Origin: Gekko japonicus
Lineage: Eukaryota
Length of the DNA stretch: 64,000 bases
Direction: 5' to 3'
Assembly: GCF_001447785.1 (NCBI RefSeq)
Contig: NW_015176458.1
Location: forward strand, 608,258 to 672,257
The translations under genes and the position numbers were made by a program. The notes under the pieces were generated by a model. It made no database searches. It was not told the origin of the DNA and saw nothing but the letters and a program-made list of their open reading frames with translations. Below are positions 10,684 to 23,428 of the stretch, piece after piece (the first letter of the stretch is position 1; each line of letters starts with the position of its first letter).

Positions 10684-11609
10684 ACTGCCGTGTGCAATAA
10701 GGTCTTGAATGCCCTACAGAACCCAAACAATGGATAGGGATACATGTTCCCTTTGTGCCTTGCAGCATGAACTGGGAAGCCCATTTCCATCCGCAGCCTG
10801 CAGCAAGAATCAGATGCCTCACACTCTAATGTGCATCATGATCTGGAAATTCCATTTCTAAAAGGGATTGGCAGCGAAGATGAAAGTGTAACTGTTGATT
10901 TCCAGCTGTAGTTCTTTCTTTCACTTTGCCAGGCAGGGCTCATTGGAAGTGTCTTTCCAAGAATTACTTTTGTAACGCGTCAGTTACGGAGACAATTCCA
11001 CCGAAAGAGTTCCTTTGATGCACACATCATTTATCTGATAGTCTCCAAAGTCAAGAATACTGTTGTTTGGAAGCTGGTTTCTCAAAACCCTCCATTTTAA
11101 ATGAAACAAGGGGAATCTAAATGAAGGGTGGATGGTTGTGGAGAGGTGGGGTACCCCTCTTCAATATACTCTGAGCTCCTCAGAAATAACAGACACCTAT
11201 GACGGAGGCTTTTGAAGGTCAATACATAACAAAGGATTTAATGTTTTAGGATCCACACAAGCATGCAGCAAATATTCTCCTTGGTTCCTTCTCCTAGAAT
11301 ATCTTCTCGTCTGCTTCTCAAAGAGAAGATCTGGGATGAAGTAGTCTACTGTTACCTTTAACAGTCAATACCAGCCACTTCAGTTGGGCTTGGATGCAAA
11401 TATATGGAGTTGTTGTTTCTAGGGAAACTGATATCTGTAGTCTGGAAATTAACCATAGTTTGGGGAGATCTCCAGACCCCACCTGGAGACTGGGAGTCCT
11501 ATCCAGAATACCTAGCATGCTTCACTGCAGACTTGATCCTCTGTCTCATACATCTGAAGGTGAAACTTGCACCACAACACTGTGTGAGAGAGAGAAACAT
11601 CCAGTGCTG

Positions 11610-11675
11610 GAATGGCTGTCCCAGCACCCTCCCCAAATACCATGAGAATGGCTGTCCCAGCACCCTCCCCAAATA
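11610..11675. repeat. Short tandem duplication (about 37-bp period)
   Basis: GAATGGCTGTCCCAGCACCCTCCCCAAATA x2. Confidence 0.9.
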
Positions 11676-11824
11676 AGACACAAGACAACTTGGGTTTAAC
11701 AATTTTATTTAAATGACTGATCTGAGTTATAAAGTTATTATACTGTTTAAGGCAGGGAGGTGCCAAGTAGCCTTTCATCAATGACACCATTGACACTGAG
11801 TGGGAAATGGGACATTCAGTAACC

Positions 11825-11928
11825 AATGCATTGGGATTTTAGAAGTCTAGAAGCACCAGAAAGAACTGAGGCATAGCGTAATGCATTTGGATTTTAGAAC
11901 TCTAGAACCACCAGGAAGAACAGAAGCA
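11825..11928. repeat. Diverged tandem duplication (about 55-bp period)
   Basis: AATGCATT.GGATTTTAGAA.TCTAGAA.CACCAG x2. Confidence 0.8.
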
Positions 11929-11955
11929 AGTATTCATGTGCCTCATTAAGTGGTA

Positions 11956-12309
11956 AAGTAAAGGTAAAGGTTCCCTTGTTCGAAAGCCAGTCGAATCCGA
12001 CTCTAGGGTTGTGGTGCTCATCTCCGTTTCAAAGCCGAAGAGGCAGCGCTGTCCGAAGATGTTTCCGTGGTCACGTGGCCGGCATGACTAAACACCAAGG
12101 TGCACGGAACACTGTTACCTTCCCACTGAAGTGGTCCCTATTTATCTACTTGCAATTTCTTGCTTTCAAACTGCTAGGTTGGCAGGAGCTGGAACTAGAG
12201 ACGGGAGCTCACTCCGTCATGTGGCACACCCGGGTCTCGAACTGCTGAACTACCGACCTTCCACAGCCTGCAGTTCAGCATCTTAACCACTTGAGCCACC
12301 GCAGCTCCT
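11956..12309 (-). mobile_element. Full-length Sauria SINE
   Basis: tRNA-like head GGAGCTGCGGTGGCTCAAGTGGTTAAG, (ACCTTT)n tail, 13-bp TSD TCATTAAGTGGTA (11943-11955 / 12310-12322). Confidence 0.92.
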
Positions 12310-12691
12310 TCATTAAGTGGTACAAAAATTATATAAACAGGATCCTACTTACAATAAGCTCAAAATATCAGTATAGACCCCAGTCTTTAATCATTTATTT
12401 ATTTATTAGATTTTTACCCCGCCCTCCCAGCAAGGCCAGCTCAGGGTAAGCAAATTTGTGAAACCATTTTGTGCAGTGTGACCCTCTTACGAACAGGATT
12501 GTCTACCATTTTCAAGCCAAGGAGCCTGAGTATCACAATGGTGCTGCAGTTTGCCACTAACATCATGAATCAGGAGTGGGGGGAGTCCCCATGTACGCCC
12601 TGCGTAAATAGTCCAACTATGATAGAGAGACCTGTGTTGAAATCCTCACCTCCCTGTGGAGCTCTCTGAGTGATCCTGGCCTAGTCATCAG

Positions 12692-12910
12692 TAGGGTTGC
12701 CAGCCTCCAGGTGGGGCCTGGGGATCTCCCGCTTTTGCAACTGATCTCCAGCTGACAGAGATCAGCTCCCCTGAAGAAAATGGCTGCTTTGAAGGGGGGA
12801 CTCTGTGGCATTGTACCCTGCTGAGGCCTCTCCACTCCCCAAACCCCGCCCTCTCCTGGATCCACCCCCAAAGTCTCCAGGTATATTCCAATCCAGACTT
12901 GATAGCCCTA
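12692..12910 (+). mobile_element. hAT-type MITE (same family as 7441-7659)
   Basis: TAGGGTTGCCAGCCTCCAGGTGGGGCC...TGATAGCCCTA. Confidence 0.85.
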
Positions 12911-13604
12911 GCAGTTCTCAGCCTAAACTGGCTCACACAGGTTGTTGTGAGGACCATTGGGGGAAGCCCGAAGGATTCATGAATTTGCTAATCCTTAAAA
13001 ACTAAAGAAGCCTGTTCTCCCCAGCAAGCTCACATTGCAGAGAGTTTGACATTCTCCAGTGACACTAAACATGGACATGTCAAATAAAAGCCGTCTGAGT
13101 TGAAATCATATATTGCAGATGCAAAAGGGGGAAAAAAGCTTTCCCAGAAATAAAGCTGTTTCCTGAAGCATCAGGTCTTACTCGGTTAGCAAGCCGTATG
13201 CTTCCACCCCCTCAGGTTCTAATTTCTGGCAGAGAGTTATTGATTGGGCCTTTGCAAAGGGCTGGGAGTTTTGAATATATTTAAGCAGAGTGTCCATCAT
13301 TAATAATTTGTTTTGCCAGGAAACAGAGACTGGATTTTGTTCTGACTCTTGACCTGTCAACCTGCAAAAGGTTGGTTCACACATATTTTTTCCTATGGAG
13401 AGGTAATCCCCATGCCAGAATGCCAGAGTATACAACAAGTGGTCCAAAGCTCCCTTTTGCTACAAGTACATTAAACGGTTCAGATTATGCAGTCTTGGTC
13501 AGCCACAAGTATCAGGTGACAGTTTAAGTTGGTGGTGCACCAAAAACCTTTCTTTTTAATTTCTTTTTGTTTTAAATTATATACATTTTTAAATGGTCTT
13601 TTTT

Positions 13605-13790
13605 GCTGTTAAGCCACAGCTGATTTATGGCAATCCTGTAGGGTTTTGAAGGCAAGAGATGTTCAGAGGTGGTTTGCAATTGTCTGCCTTTGCATGGCAA
13701 CCCTGAACTTCCTTGGTGGTCACACACCCCACTAAATACTAACAGGAACTGACCCTGCTTAACTTCCAAGATCTGACAAGATTGAGCTTG
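13605..13790 (-). mobile_element. 5S-derived SINE
   Basis: Reverse complement TCTTGTCAGATCTTGGAAGTTAAGCAGGG plus tail TCTTGCCTTCAAAACCCTACAGG. Confidence 0.75.
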
Positions 13791-13809
13791 TCTTACATAC
13801 AGAATCATT

Positions 13810-13812
<3 letters not shown>

Positions 13813-13844
<32 letters not shown>
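13813..13844. repeat. (CA)n microsatellite
   Basis: Direct observation. Confidence 0.95.
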
Positions 13845-13845
<1 letters not shown>

Positions 13846-13848
<3 letters not shown>

Positions 13849-14240
13849 GGCTTTTTTTGTAGAAAAAGCCCAGCAGGAACTCATTAGCATAATAGGCCAC
13901 ACCCAACAGCAGAAACTCATTAACCTATTAGGCCACACCCCTGACAGCACAGCTCATTGGCATATTAGGCCACACCCCCATGTTACCAGAAGTGTGCTCA
14001 TCCAGCCACACCCACCTTTTGCTTCTTATTCTGTTTATCTTGTTTGTTGTCAAAACCCAGGGCTTTTTTGTAGCAGGGACTCCTTTGCATGATAGGCCAC
14101 ACACCCCTAATGTAGCCAATCCTAATGAGTTTCTGCAGTTGAGTGTGGCCTATTATGCTAATGAGTTCCTGCTGGGCATGGCCAACTTGGAAGCCAGCCG
14201 GAACTCCGTTCCTGTGCGTTCCTGCCCCAAAATAGCCCTG
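13846..14240. mobile_element. hAT-like element(s) with AGGGCTTTTTT...AAATAGCCCTG termini and internal sub-terminal repeats
   Basis: Termini at 13847, 14058 and 14240; repeated CATTAGCATAATAGGCCACACCC units. Confidence 0.6.
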
Positions 14241-14310
14241 TATATATTTAGAAATGGACTTGCTGTCTGTTCCAGTAGATGACAAACAAGGTCCATTCAT
14301 GTTAAAAAAA

Positions 14311-14584
14311 AGAGAAGAAGAGGAAGAGATTGGATTTATACCCCACCCTTCACTCAGGGTCTCAAGTGGTTTACAATCTCCTTTCCCTTCCCCTCCCCAC
14401 AACAGACACCCTGTGAGGTAGGTGGGGCTGAGAGAGCTCTCTCAAGGACTGCTATTGAGAGAACACCTCTGAGAGAACCTGTGACTGGCTCAAGGTCACT
14501 CAGCTGGCTTCATGTGGAGGAGCGGGGAATCAAACCCCGTTCTCCAGATTAAAGTCCACGCTCTTAACCAGTACACCAGACTGG
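14311..14584 (-). mobile_element. tRNA-derived SINE (Squam3-like)
   Basis: Head CCAGTCTGGTGTACTGGTTAAG...GGTTTGATTCCCC; tail GGGGTATAAATCCAATCTCTTC. Confidence 0.85.
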
Positions 14585-15223
14585 AAGATCCATTCCTGTT
14601 CTTAAGTAGAGTTTGCCAGTAAGTTGATCATTTTCTATAGTGTCTAGAATCTTGAGACACTCTTGAGTCATAGAGATATCAGTATCCTTCCATCGCTTTG
14701 TCGAGGTTTGATATGAAGAGGCTTGCAATGGCAAACCACCTCTGAACATCTCTTGTCTCGAAAATCCTACGAGGTTGTCCATAAATCGGCTGCAGATTGA
14801 CGGCACTTTGCGCCATCACCAATACTATTGTGTTTTAGGGTTCTTCCATCAAAGATTGTAGCGGTCCCCATATACCATGGACCACCTCCAACCTCAGAAA
14901 CATTTCTGTTGCACTGTGGCTAAAAACAAAATGGAACATGCAGTTCCTTAGAAAGGGTGTTCTACCGACTAGGCTACTCCCAATGAAAAATGGCTTCGAA
15001 GCTTGTGGTGGTGTTTGGATGCAAATAGAAACACTGGCTGGACTTATGAACACCCCTTGGTTTTCAGTTTGATTTGGGAGATCCATCAGTACTGCTCAAT
15101 TGACCTGCTGCAAGGGGCAGGCCCTTCTCCTAGGGTAGAGAATATGGCGGGTTCAGGCTGCAAGTTTGGAAGCACAACAGCCCTGGGGAAGCAGTATTGA
15201 TGCTACACTTTTGATGCTATACA

Positions 15224-15440
15224 GAGAGCCAGTGTGGTGTCCTGCTTAGGGTTTTAGACTAGGCCCTGGGAGCCCAAAGTATGAATCTCCACTCTGCCAT
15301 GAAAGCTTGCTGGGTGACCTTGGGCCAGGGAGACACACTCTGCCTTGGTTGTTGTGAGGGTGACACGGGTGAGAGGAGAGCGACGTACGCTGCTCGGTGT
15401 CCCCACTGGGGGAAAGGGTGGGATATCAATGAAACAATTA
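15224..15440 (+). mobile_element. tRNA-derived SINE (Squam3-related, older)
   Basis: GAGAGCCAGTGTGGTGT...GGTGACCTTGGGCCAG...GGGTGGGATAT. Confidence 0.7.
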
Positions 15441-15478
15441 AATGGAGATGATCGTATTCAGTTAAAATGATATTATTA

Positions 15479-15695
15479 CAGCCAGTATGGCACAGTACTT
15501 AAGAGTGTCGTACTAGGGACCCAGGTTCGAATCCCCACTCGTGCCGTGGAAGCTCCCTGGGTGACCTTGGACTAGTCACACTGTCTCAGCCTACCCTACC
15601 TCACAGGGTTGTTGTATGGATAATACAGAGGAGAGGAGAACAATGTAAGCAGCTCTGAGTCCCTGTTGGGCAGAAAGGTGGGGTACAGATGAATT
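15479..15695 (+). mobile_element. tRNA-derived SINE (Squam3-related, older)
   Basis: B box GGTTCGAATCCC; CCTACCTCACAGGGTTGTTG core. Confidence 0.75.
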
Positions 15696-16589
15696 AATTC
15701 AATATATAAATATCTGGACAGCTTCTAGTTTTATGGGAGGCCCCTTTTGAGGACATGTGCATGGGGGGCTGATGGGTGAAGGTTGACACCATGCTACCCA
15801 GTATTGCTTGGCACCAAGGTCAGTTGTCACAGACATCACCATAGATGTCCCCCCCTTTTCCATTCTGATATCCTGTTGGGGAGGTCAAGTGACCAGGCCC
15901 TCTCTGTGGGCCAGATTTGCCCCAGGGTCATCCAGTGCCGACCCATACAATACAGAGTCCATTAACACAGCTACAAAGAAGTCTAGTTCACCTACACTTG
16001 TATACATCTTAATCACTCCCTGTTTGATGACTCACAGTTGAGGATGTAATTTCTTCTCATTCAATAGTCTCGGGTAGGACATGGCATAATATGTCTATAG
16101 CCTGTATGGTCTATGAAGATCATTTCCAACAGTCATCAAGTGCATGGACCATAAATTGGCTTGTACTCATTCCCTAACGGTACCCCTATCCTTTTGCCGT
16201 TCCCCTGTGATTTCTGGTCTTCTAGCTCTACTAAGAGCTCTTTCCCAGGCTCTTCTTGCTCCCAGGTAGCATCAGTCTCTTTGTTGTCTTCTCTTGTTTC
16301 CAAGCAACAGATACACACCCCACAAGAGTGCAGGGGAAAAAAAAAACTTGTTTCCAAGAGCTGCAACTGCTTCTCAGTGCAACAAAACAGATCTCTAGGG
16401 CTACATCCCCAAATCGTTGGGCGTCGTGCGAGCATTGCACTAGAGCAATCATTCCCCTTCTGGATGGTCTTGTTCATGCTGCTGTAAAAGGTTTGGCCTT
16501 GAAAAAATGAAAGGATTGGCCATAGGTATCATGGCCATGCGAAGAGCTAATGGAGGACTGTCGCGGAGAACCTGATGTTCATTTATTCA

Positions 16590-16768
16590 GTGGTGGTGGA
16601 AAGGGCTGTCAAGTTGCAGGTGACTTAGGGTGTCCTCGTAGGGTTTTCTAGGCAAGATACCTTCAGAGATGGTTTGCCATTGCCTGTGTCTGCGTAGCAA
16701 CCCTAGATTTTCTGGGTGACCTCCCATCCAATTATGGCCAACCCTGCTTAGCATCTGAGATCTAACAC
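16590..16768 (-). mobile_element. 5S-derived SINE
   Basis: Reverse complement GATCTCAGATGCTAAGCAGGG...TTGGATGGGAGG plus GGCAATGGCAAACCATCTCTG tail. Confidence 0.75.
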
Positions 16769-19697
16769 ACATTTATCTCCAGTCCTTAGTTCAGGTTGGC
16801 TCATGTAGATGGGGTTATCTCATTCTTCAGAATAATCCTGCAAGGTATGTTAGGCTATGAGAGATTGGCCTAAGGTCACAGGGCTTCAACCCCGTACAGC
16901 CCCAGTCTAAGTCCAGCACTCTAACCACGACATCCCACTGACTCTTGGTTTAAGCTGTTGACCAGATCAGCACCAATGAGACAAGAGGCCACAATGGGTC
17001 CCCCTGACAATTATTCTGAGACCTGAAAAGAGAAATCAGATATAATTATGATATGCAATCAATAAACTTTACAGTGTGTTTATCTGGCAAGCCAAACTTT
17101 GCTTGCTTTGTGCATGAGGCCATTGTCCTTCACCTTCTGCACTTGTCGTTGCTTCCAACTGAGCCCCTAAGGAAAACGAGAAAACCTTCTCTGTGGGGTT
17201 TAATCATTGGTGGTAGGTTACGTGAAGGACAGCTGTAATCTTTTGAAGCTGACAGTTAAGTATCATAGAGGGAAGCTGCCTGCAACTCCAAAGGGCATGC
17301 TGAAACGACAAAGGACCCAAGAGTTTATGATAGCAACTCCAGTAAAATGGATTATCTTTGGCTTAGAATGCAATTAGGTCTTTTAAGATCTATTCTAATT
17401 CTGGCTATTTCCCTCCTTCTACAGGCTTTCCTATCCATTGTATGATTTATACTCTTCCCCCCCCCCCAAAGCTGAGCAACTTTATTTCCTCCTGTTTGAT
17501 ATTCAAAGCAGATGAATAATTAAATTAACCCCGGTGCTTTTTTGTTCTGAGTCAATGTCAAACCACTTGAAATGGCTTTGGGATCACCCTGTAGCAGTGC
17601 TGTTTGAACGAGAGCTAAGCAAACTGTTTTCTTGTGACTCACAGAAGCCGCACTCCCATCCTTTGAGCAAAGGCTGGTGGAACATATGAGACAGAATCAG
17701 AATCCCAAATGAGTTGCAATGCTTTAGAATACAGATTAAATTTTGTCCGTGGATTGCAAACCATCGCACAAAAATCCTGTAATCCCCTTTCGATTGAACT
17801 AAGTATCATTATCCTCGGTTTGCAGATGGGACCAATGTGAAGTTTTAAGAAACCAACGGGAACAACGTTGCCCTTAAAAGAAAGCACTGCTCCGTCTGTA
17901 ATATCCAGCAAACTATGGGAGAAAGCAACAGAACTGGGGGATGACCTTTTACCAAGTGTCAAATTGTCATGGTGTGCATGTAGCCCAGGACCTGTGACCT
18001 GCCAAGATGAATGAAGCTTGCTAGCCATTTATTGGGACCTGCCAGGTGCTGGACACCCCCCCCCCCATGTCCCGTTCTAGACAGGCAGCAAAAACAAGAG
18101 GCAGGATGTGATCCATGACAAGTGCACTGCATTCATCACATGAAGGCTGTTTATTATTCCCCTCTGTAATCTCAGATTTGTGCTTCTGATAAAGATACCA
18201 TGTTGTGTATATTCACTTGGTCCTATGGGCTGCAAGGTCCCAGAATAAGCCATGGTGTGAAGACCGTGGAGAACTTGAATCTGCATGCAAAATGGGTTGA
18301 GCTAGATGTAGAGGCAGTTTTTCTCCTGATCAGGGAAGAGAGGCCAGGCTCTTATCAGTTACCCCCAGGTCTGGCCAATCCAAAGGCTTCATACTGCCAG
18401 CCAATGGCAGTGGCTGATGTTGCACTCTCAAAATCCTTTTCATGCTAGAGAGGGTTCTGAGGACTAAGCATATGCATTCCCAGGGTAGCTCAGTAAGCTG
18501 AAGCCAAGCTGGATACTAGTTTCTAGCACTCACAACAGTACCAGGCTTTGGCTCTAAAACTCAAGTTTGGCAGGTTTGCTCTGTTACCGTGTGTAATCAG
18601 AACATGTGTGCTTTAGACACATGTCAATGCAAATAGCCCACTTTCCAATACTGGCCCCAATTTTTACACTAAAGGATGCTGAGCGTAAAGAAGAAACCCT
18701 TTTCTGCCTTTCATTCTTAAAAGCTGCTGGCTTAGGCTTTACACAAAAGTGCCCAACTGGGGAATCATAAATATAAACAGCAACTGAGGGGATTGTTTGA
18801 CAAAGTAAAGAGGCTATTTACATGACTAGAAGTAGTACTGAGACCTTCAGTTCGGTGAATAATCAACACACAAACAGGGATAATAATTCCAGGACACACA
18901 CACACTGTACAATGTGTCTCTCTGAAGAAGGGGACACCAAATGCTGCCAAAAGGAAGAGAGCAAGAGGGTGAGGCAGGGGCCCACAACCACTTATCTTCA
19001 CAGGTTCCAGACTAAAGATGCTCTGAATTTCTCAGTGAACATATTCAGCAGACAAACATACCTTGTTTGACATTCATCATCAGACTACGACTCAATCAGG
19101 GGTATGTTCAAATAGCATCAGACCACTCAAACAGCTGCCAAACAAGTCTGTAGCTGCCTATTGGTTGTAAGAGGACTCGCATCTGATCAGGTGATCAGTT
19201 GGGAGTCAGCTTCTCATCTACTCCACAGGGGAGTTGCAAAAGGGAACTGTTGATCACTGCATTGCAAAAGGGGGAGAAAGAGCTCCTCCTTTCTGTGTCC
19301 TTCCTTCTAAACTGGGTGGGACAGAAGTAACACTTTTAATGTCTGCGTTGTAAAACGGACAATGGAAATAGGTCCTTTCTCTTCCCATTCCCTCCAAGCT
19401 GGGTGTGGGCAGAAGCACCCCTTTTAATTTCTAAATTGCAACAGAAAGAGGAGTCATTTCTCTCCTTTTCTCTGTAGCTCAAACCAACAGCTTGGGCTGG
19501 GGAGAAATGATTGGAGATCAGATGGACTTCTAATCAAACCCCCTCCCCAGATTTTCTACATCACAGCAAGTAGGGGAGACAGCAAAGGATGGGGAATGAG
19601 GAAAAATCCCACTTGCAGCTGGTCATTTGGGAACTGGTTGCTGCTTCTCCTCCAAACCCCCCAAACCTGCAAAGAAAAAATTCTCCAGCAGATCAAA

Positions 19698-19751
19698 AGA
19701 TGACTCCCAACTGATCCCTTATCAGATGACTCCCAACTGATCCCTTATCAG
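19698..19751. repeat. 26-bp tandem duplication
   Basis: AGATGACTCCCAACTGATCCCTTATC x2. Confidence 0.9.
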
Positions 19752-20955
19752 CTGGGAGTTGGCTGTAAGTAATGGCTGTAAGTAGCCTCTTCCTGTGAAT
19801 ACACATACAGGTTGCAAATAGCCAGGTAGCCTGTTGATTAATTGGCTTCCTGTCTGGCGAATGGGAAGTCAGCCAAACTCTCAAGTACTTGAGCATCCCT
19901 ATTCCTGGCACAAATCCAGAGATTAGGTGGGAAAATCTAGCCTGCCTAAATTAAGGATGTGTGAATGAGAAATGCTATTGTGAATCCTAGGTCCTTCTTA
20001 GCAGGGATATAAATGGAGCAGAGTCCTTGTGCCTGAATGCACCTTTATTCATTTGCTAAGAGGTTTTTACTAATGTGCTGGAGGATATGTTTGTTTCTCT
20101 CTATTACTTTATTTCCACATCATGCATGATGAAATTAAGGTAGGTGTTTATTCAATACTGCATTTTCCCCCCTGCTGGCTTTCATCCTTTGTCTGGGAGA
20201 TGGTTCAAAACAAGGGATGCTTGAATACTGGCCAGTTCAGCTCATGCCCTGTTCACCAGTCACAGATAGGAAGTCAATTTTTCAATAGACTGTTCATCTT
20301 TCATTGAGCCATTCATGCTTTTTCAGTAGGCTGTTTTACATATACCTTCCTAACAGTGCATACAATACAGTGCAATCAACTAGTCATGCATGTGTGTTCT
20401 CACACAGCCCAGTTAAGTTTCCCTGCCCCCTCCTTTTTCTGTCCCTGCTCCACTTGGCAGGTGATTGTTTAAATTAGTTGCTTCCCCCCTGCACCAACAG
20501 TGGGCTTTAGTGGACTTTAAAAAAACAAACAAACTGCAGTTGCTAGATTATCAAACAATAGCATTATAACAGTTTATTGTTATTGTTTGTTAGCTTTTCT
20601 CAGTCCCTCCCTCCCTCCCTTTCTCTAATTTAAATATCATGACTTCCGGTGGGGGATCATGGCAGGCTGATGTCTCTGAATTAATGGAGGAAAAGCACAG
20701 CCAAGAACATTGGCCTGGAGGTGATTTCTGGCCAATGTAATCACCCTGGATCAAAGGGAGATCTGGAGATAATCCACTTGCCCTGCAGATGACAGCTTCC
20801 TGTAAATAAACTGCAGAAGTGGAGCTTTTTGCAGCTTGGTTTGGGTCTGAGCATCTGGGAGGCTTGGAAATTACTTCTATGCTTATAACTGCGTTGGAGC
20901 CCTAATGGACTAAAGCCTTGCCATTTCTTACCCTCTTCAGGAAATAATTAACTTT

Positions 20956-21469
20956 GGCCCCAGTCACACGGGCCAGATAACGGGGGGGGGGAGGCGTGGC
21001 TGTCCACCCAGGAGCAAGATAAAGCACGGTAGCCCAATCACATGGTCCCCTGAGTCTCTGTGCTTAGGCTGTTAGCTGGCTATCACACGGCGATGCTGCA
21101 GCATGGTAAAGAAGCGGCGTGGCGTGATCACACAAGCGTTTCGCGTTTGTGTGCATGTGCAGTTCCGCGGAGCAGCACTGCTTTCAGTTTTGTGTTTGTG
21201 CATGCGCTTATGAAAAACATCCAGTTTGCGATGGTTGCTGGATGCCACGGGATACTAGTGCTTCTGCGATCAGACGCCCGCCTGTGCCACGCGTTTTCCA
21301 GATACTAGTGCACTTTCCTTGGTACTTTTTAACTCCACATCTTCGGCGGGATGCCACAGGTTGGCCATGGGTGTGCTACACTTCCCAGATGTTGCGGTGT
21401 GATCACGCCCCGAAAATCCGCCCAACATTTGTGCCTTTCATGTGGCAAATTCGCCATGTGACTGGGGCC
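20956..21469. mobile_element. PIF/Harbinger-type MITE
   Basis: TIR GGCCCCAGTCACA(C/T)GG at both ends; 3-bp flanks TTT/TTT. Confidence 0.85.
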
Positions 21470-21666
21470 TTTATCAGTCAAAGAGATTTTTTTTCTGCAG
21501 CAAAGGCAAGACATATTTCGGTGAGATAAACCTTTTCTTTGAGACTGCAAAAGAAAAAAGGGACTTTAAAAACTTTAGGATTTAAATATTCTTTGCAAAA
21601 AGCTTAACAAGGAGGAGATATAAGAAAATTTTAAACAGATTAAGGGGTTGGTTATTCTATTTTGTA

Positions 21667-21997
21667 GGGGTTGTGGTAGCTCAGTGGTTAAGATGCTGAA
21701 CTGCAGACTGGAAGGTCGGTAGTTCAGCAGTTCGAGACCTGAGTACTGCATGACGGAGAGGTCTCTGGTCCCAGCTCCTGCAGTTTGAAAGCAAGAAACT
21801 GCAAGTAGATAAATAGGTACTGCTTCGGTGGGAACGTAACAGCGTTCTGGGTGCCTCGGCATCTAGTCATGCTGGCTACATGACCACGGAAACGCCTTTG
21901 GACGTCGCTGGCTCTTTGGCTTGGAAATGGAGATGAGCACCACACCTTAGAGTTGGATTCGTCTGGCTTTGGAGCAAGGGAAACCTTTACCTTTACT
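21667..21997 (+). mobile_element. Full-length Sauria SINE
   Basis: GGGGTTGTGGTAGCTCAGTGGTTAAG head, GAAATGGAGATGAGCACC body, ACCTTTACCTTTAC tail. Confidence 0.9.
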
Positions 21998-22605
21998 TAT
22001 GCAATTTTTACTGTTTTTACCTTTTGACAAAAGTATTTTTGGATAAAGTTGCTAGTGGAAGAATACTAGACTAGATCTGCATAAAAAGTATTTTTTGTTG
22101 TTTATTGCTTAAGACCGTACTCAATTGGAGAACTTGGAGAATTTACCATAATAAAGATAGCATAGAGACTTAAACTGGGACACTTGGTTGCTATGGTGAT
22201 ATGACCGGTGAAATATGAAAGTGTTAAAGACATAGGAATTGTTTACTTTTCTAATTGAAGGACATATCAAAGTATGAGATAAAGACCTAAACTGAGACAC
22301 TTGGTTGTCATGGAGACTTGAGAGGCAGAAAGCAAAAGTGTCAGAACTATAGGAACTTTTAAAAAATCTCTGTCAAGAAATTGGACCTCTAGTTCAATTT
22401 CTTGTTCTTTCATTAAAAACCAGGCCTCATATTAATCTCTAGGCCTGCAAATGGGTTGAAGAGGCCAAATGGAAAATAACTGGCTGTTGACAGTGAAGGG
22501 TTAGCAAATCAACCTTGTGACCTTTGCATAATAATTCAGGTATAGAGACAAACTATTTGTTTACCAGGACAGGATTTTGCACCAGTTCATTCTTCAGTTG
22601 GTGGG

Positions 22606-22916
22606 ATGTTGCGGGACAGGCCCAAAAGAGACAATAACAGAACACCACTAGTGGTCACATGCAGCTCTCAACTCAAAAGAGTTCAATGCATCATCAGTGA
22701 CTTACACCTCTACTGGATAGTGACACAAGTAATGGGGGGAGAGGGCAACCTTTTCTTGTGCACAGACAGTCCCCCAATCTCAAACAACTCCTCGCACACA
22801 ATAATACAACATTTAATTTGAACATGGACACTGGTGCCAGAGGTTGCAGGAAACTCAAATGCCAACTTTGCAGCCACATACACCCAGACAACACAGTCAT
22901 TGGACCTAACAACATC
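22606..22916 (+). pseudogene. Penelope-like element ORF fragment (linker between RT and GIY-YIG, Cys-rich)
   Basis: LRDRPKRDNNRTPLVVT and RQSPNLKQLL...GCRKLKCQLCSHI; overlaps and continues the 46850-46905 peptide LLKDSPQRYNNRAP. Confidence 0.8.
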
Positions 22917-23224
22917 TCTGTTTCCAAACCTGGAACTAGCAACCCTAGACTAGATGGACCACTGATCTGATCAAGCTGGACTCTTCTTATGTTCTTAAAC
23001 TATACAGATCTTACATTCCTGTATATGACAAAGGCCGCAACCACCCACCATTAGATACTGCACTATTGTTCACAACTGGATTTTTCTGTGTGGACAAGGC
23101 TGGCTGCAAAGATCCTACAGTATTCCATGGTATGTATGGATGTTGTCTGAGTGAGGAGAACTAAGGGATGACTCTTGTGCCCAGTTGTGATCAGACATTA
23201 GCAACCACTTGGGACATTGTAAAG

Positions 23225-23428
23225 AGGGAGACAGCAGTGTTTTTGGCCAGAAAGCATCCAAGGGAAAACTCTATGGTTTTACCTCGGATGGTCATGGCCC
23301 CACCCCCAGCATGCAGGGCGTGGTCGTGTCACTTCCGGGTGACGTGGTTGTGGCGCGTGTGCGCCTCGCACTCCAGGAGCGGCACTGGAGTCCCCTGCTC
23401 CAGCGCCGCTTGGACTTGGGAACCCTAA
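23225..23428. mobile_element. Partial fold-back hAT MITE
   Basis: Right arm matches 10060-10160; ends CTTGGGAACCCTA. Confidence 0.75.

Larger units (their letters stand above)
20641..22370 (+). mobile_element. Possible old L1/Tx1-like 5' region, interrupted by a Harbinger MITE and a Sauria SINE
   Basis: GACTTCCGGTG...ATGGC start, A-rich body, internal repeat GACACTTGGTTG.(C/T)ATGG at 22180 and 22297; no ORF support. Confidence 0.3.

Noticed and set aside
13870-14110. CRISPR-like repeat-spacer pattern
   Set aside because: Eukaryotic context, degenerate units, irregular spacing and no cas genes; better explained as TE sub-terminal repeats
21667-21745. tRNA gene
   Set aside because: tRNA-like A/B boxes are the head of a Sauria SINE; the same applies to the Squam-type heads
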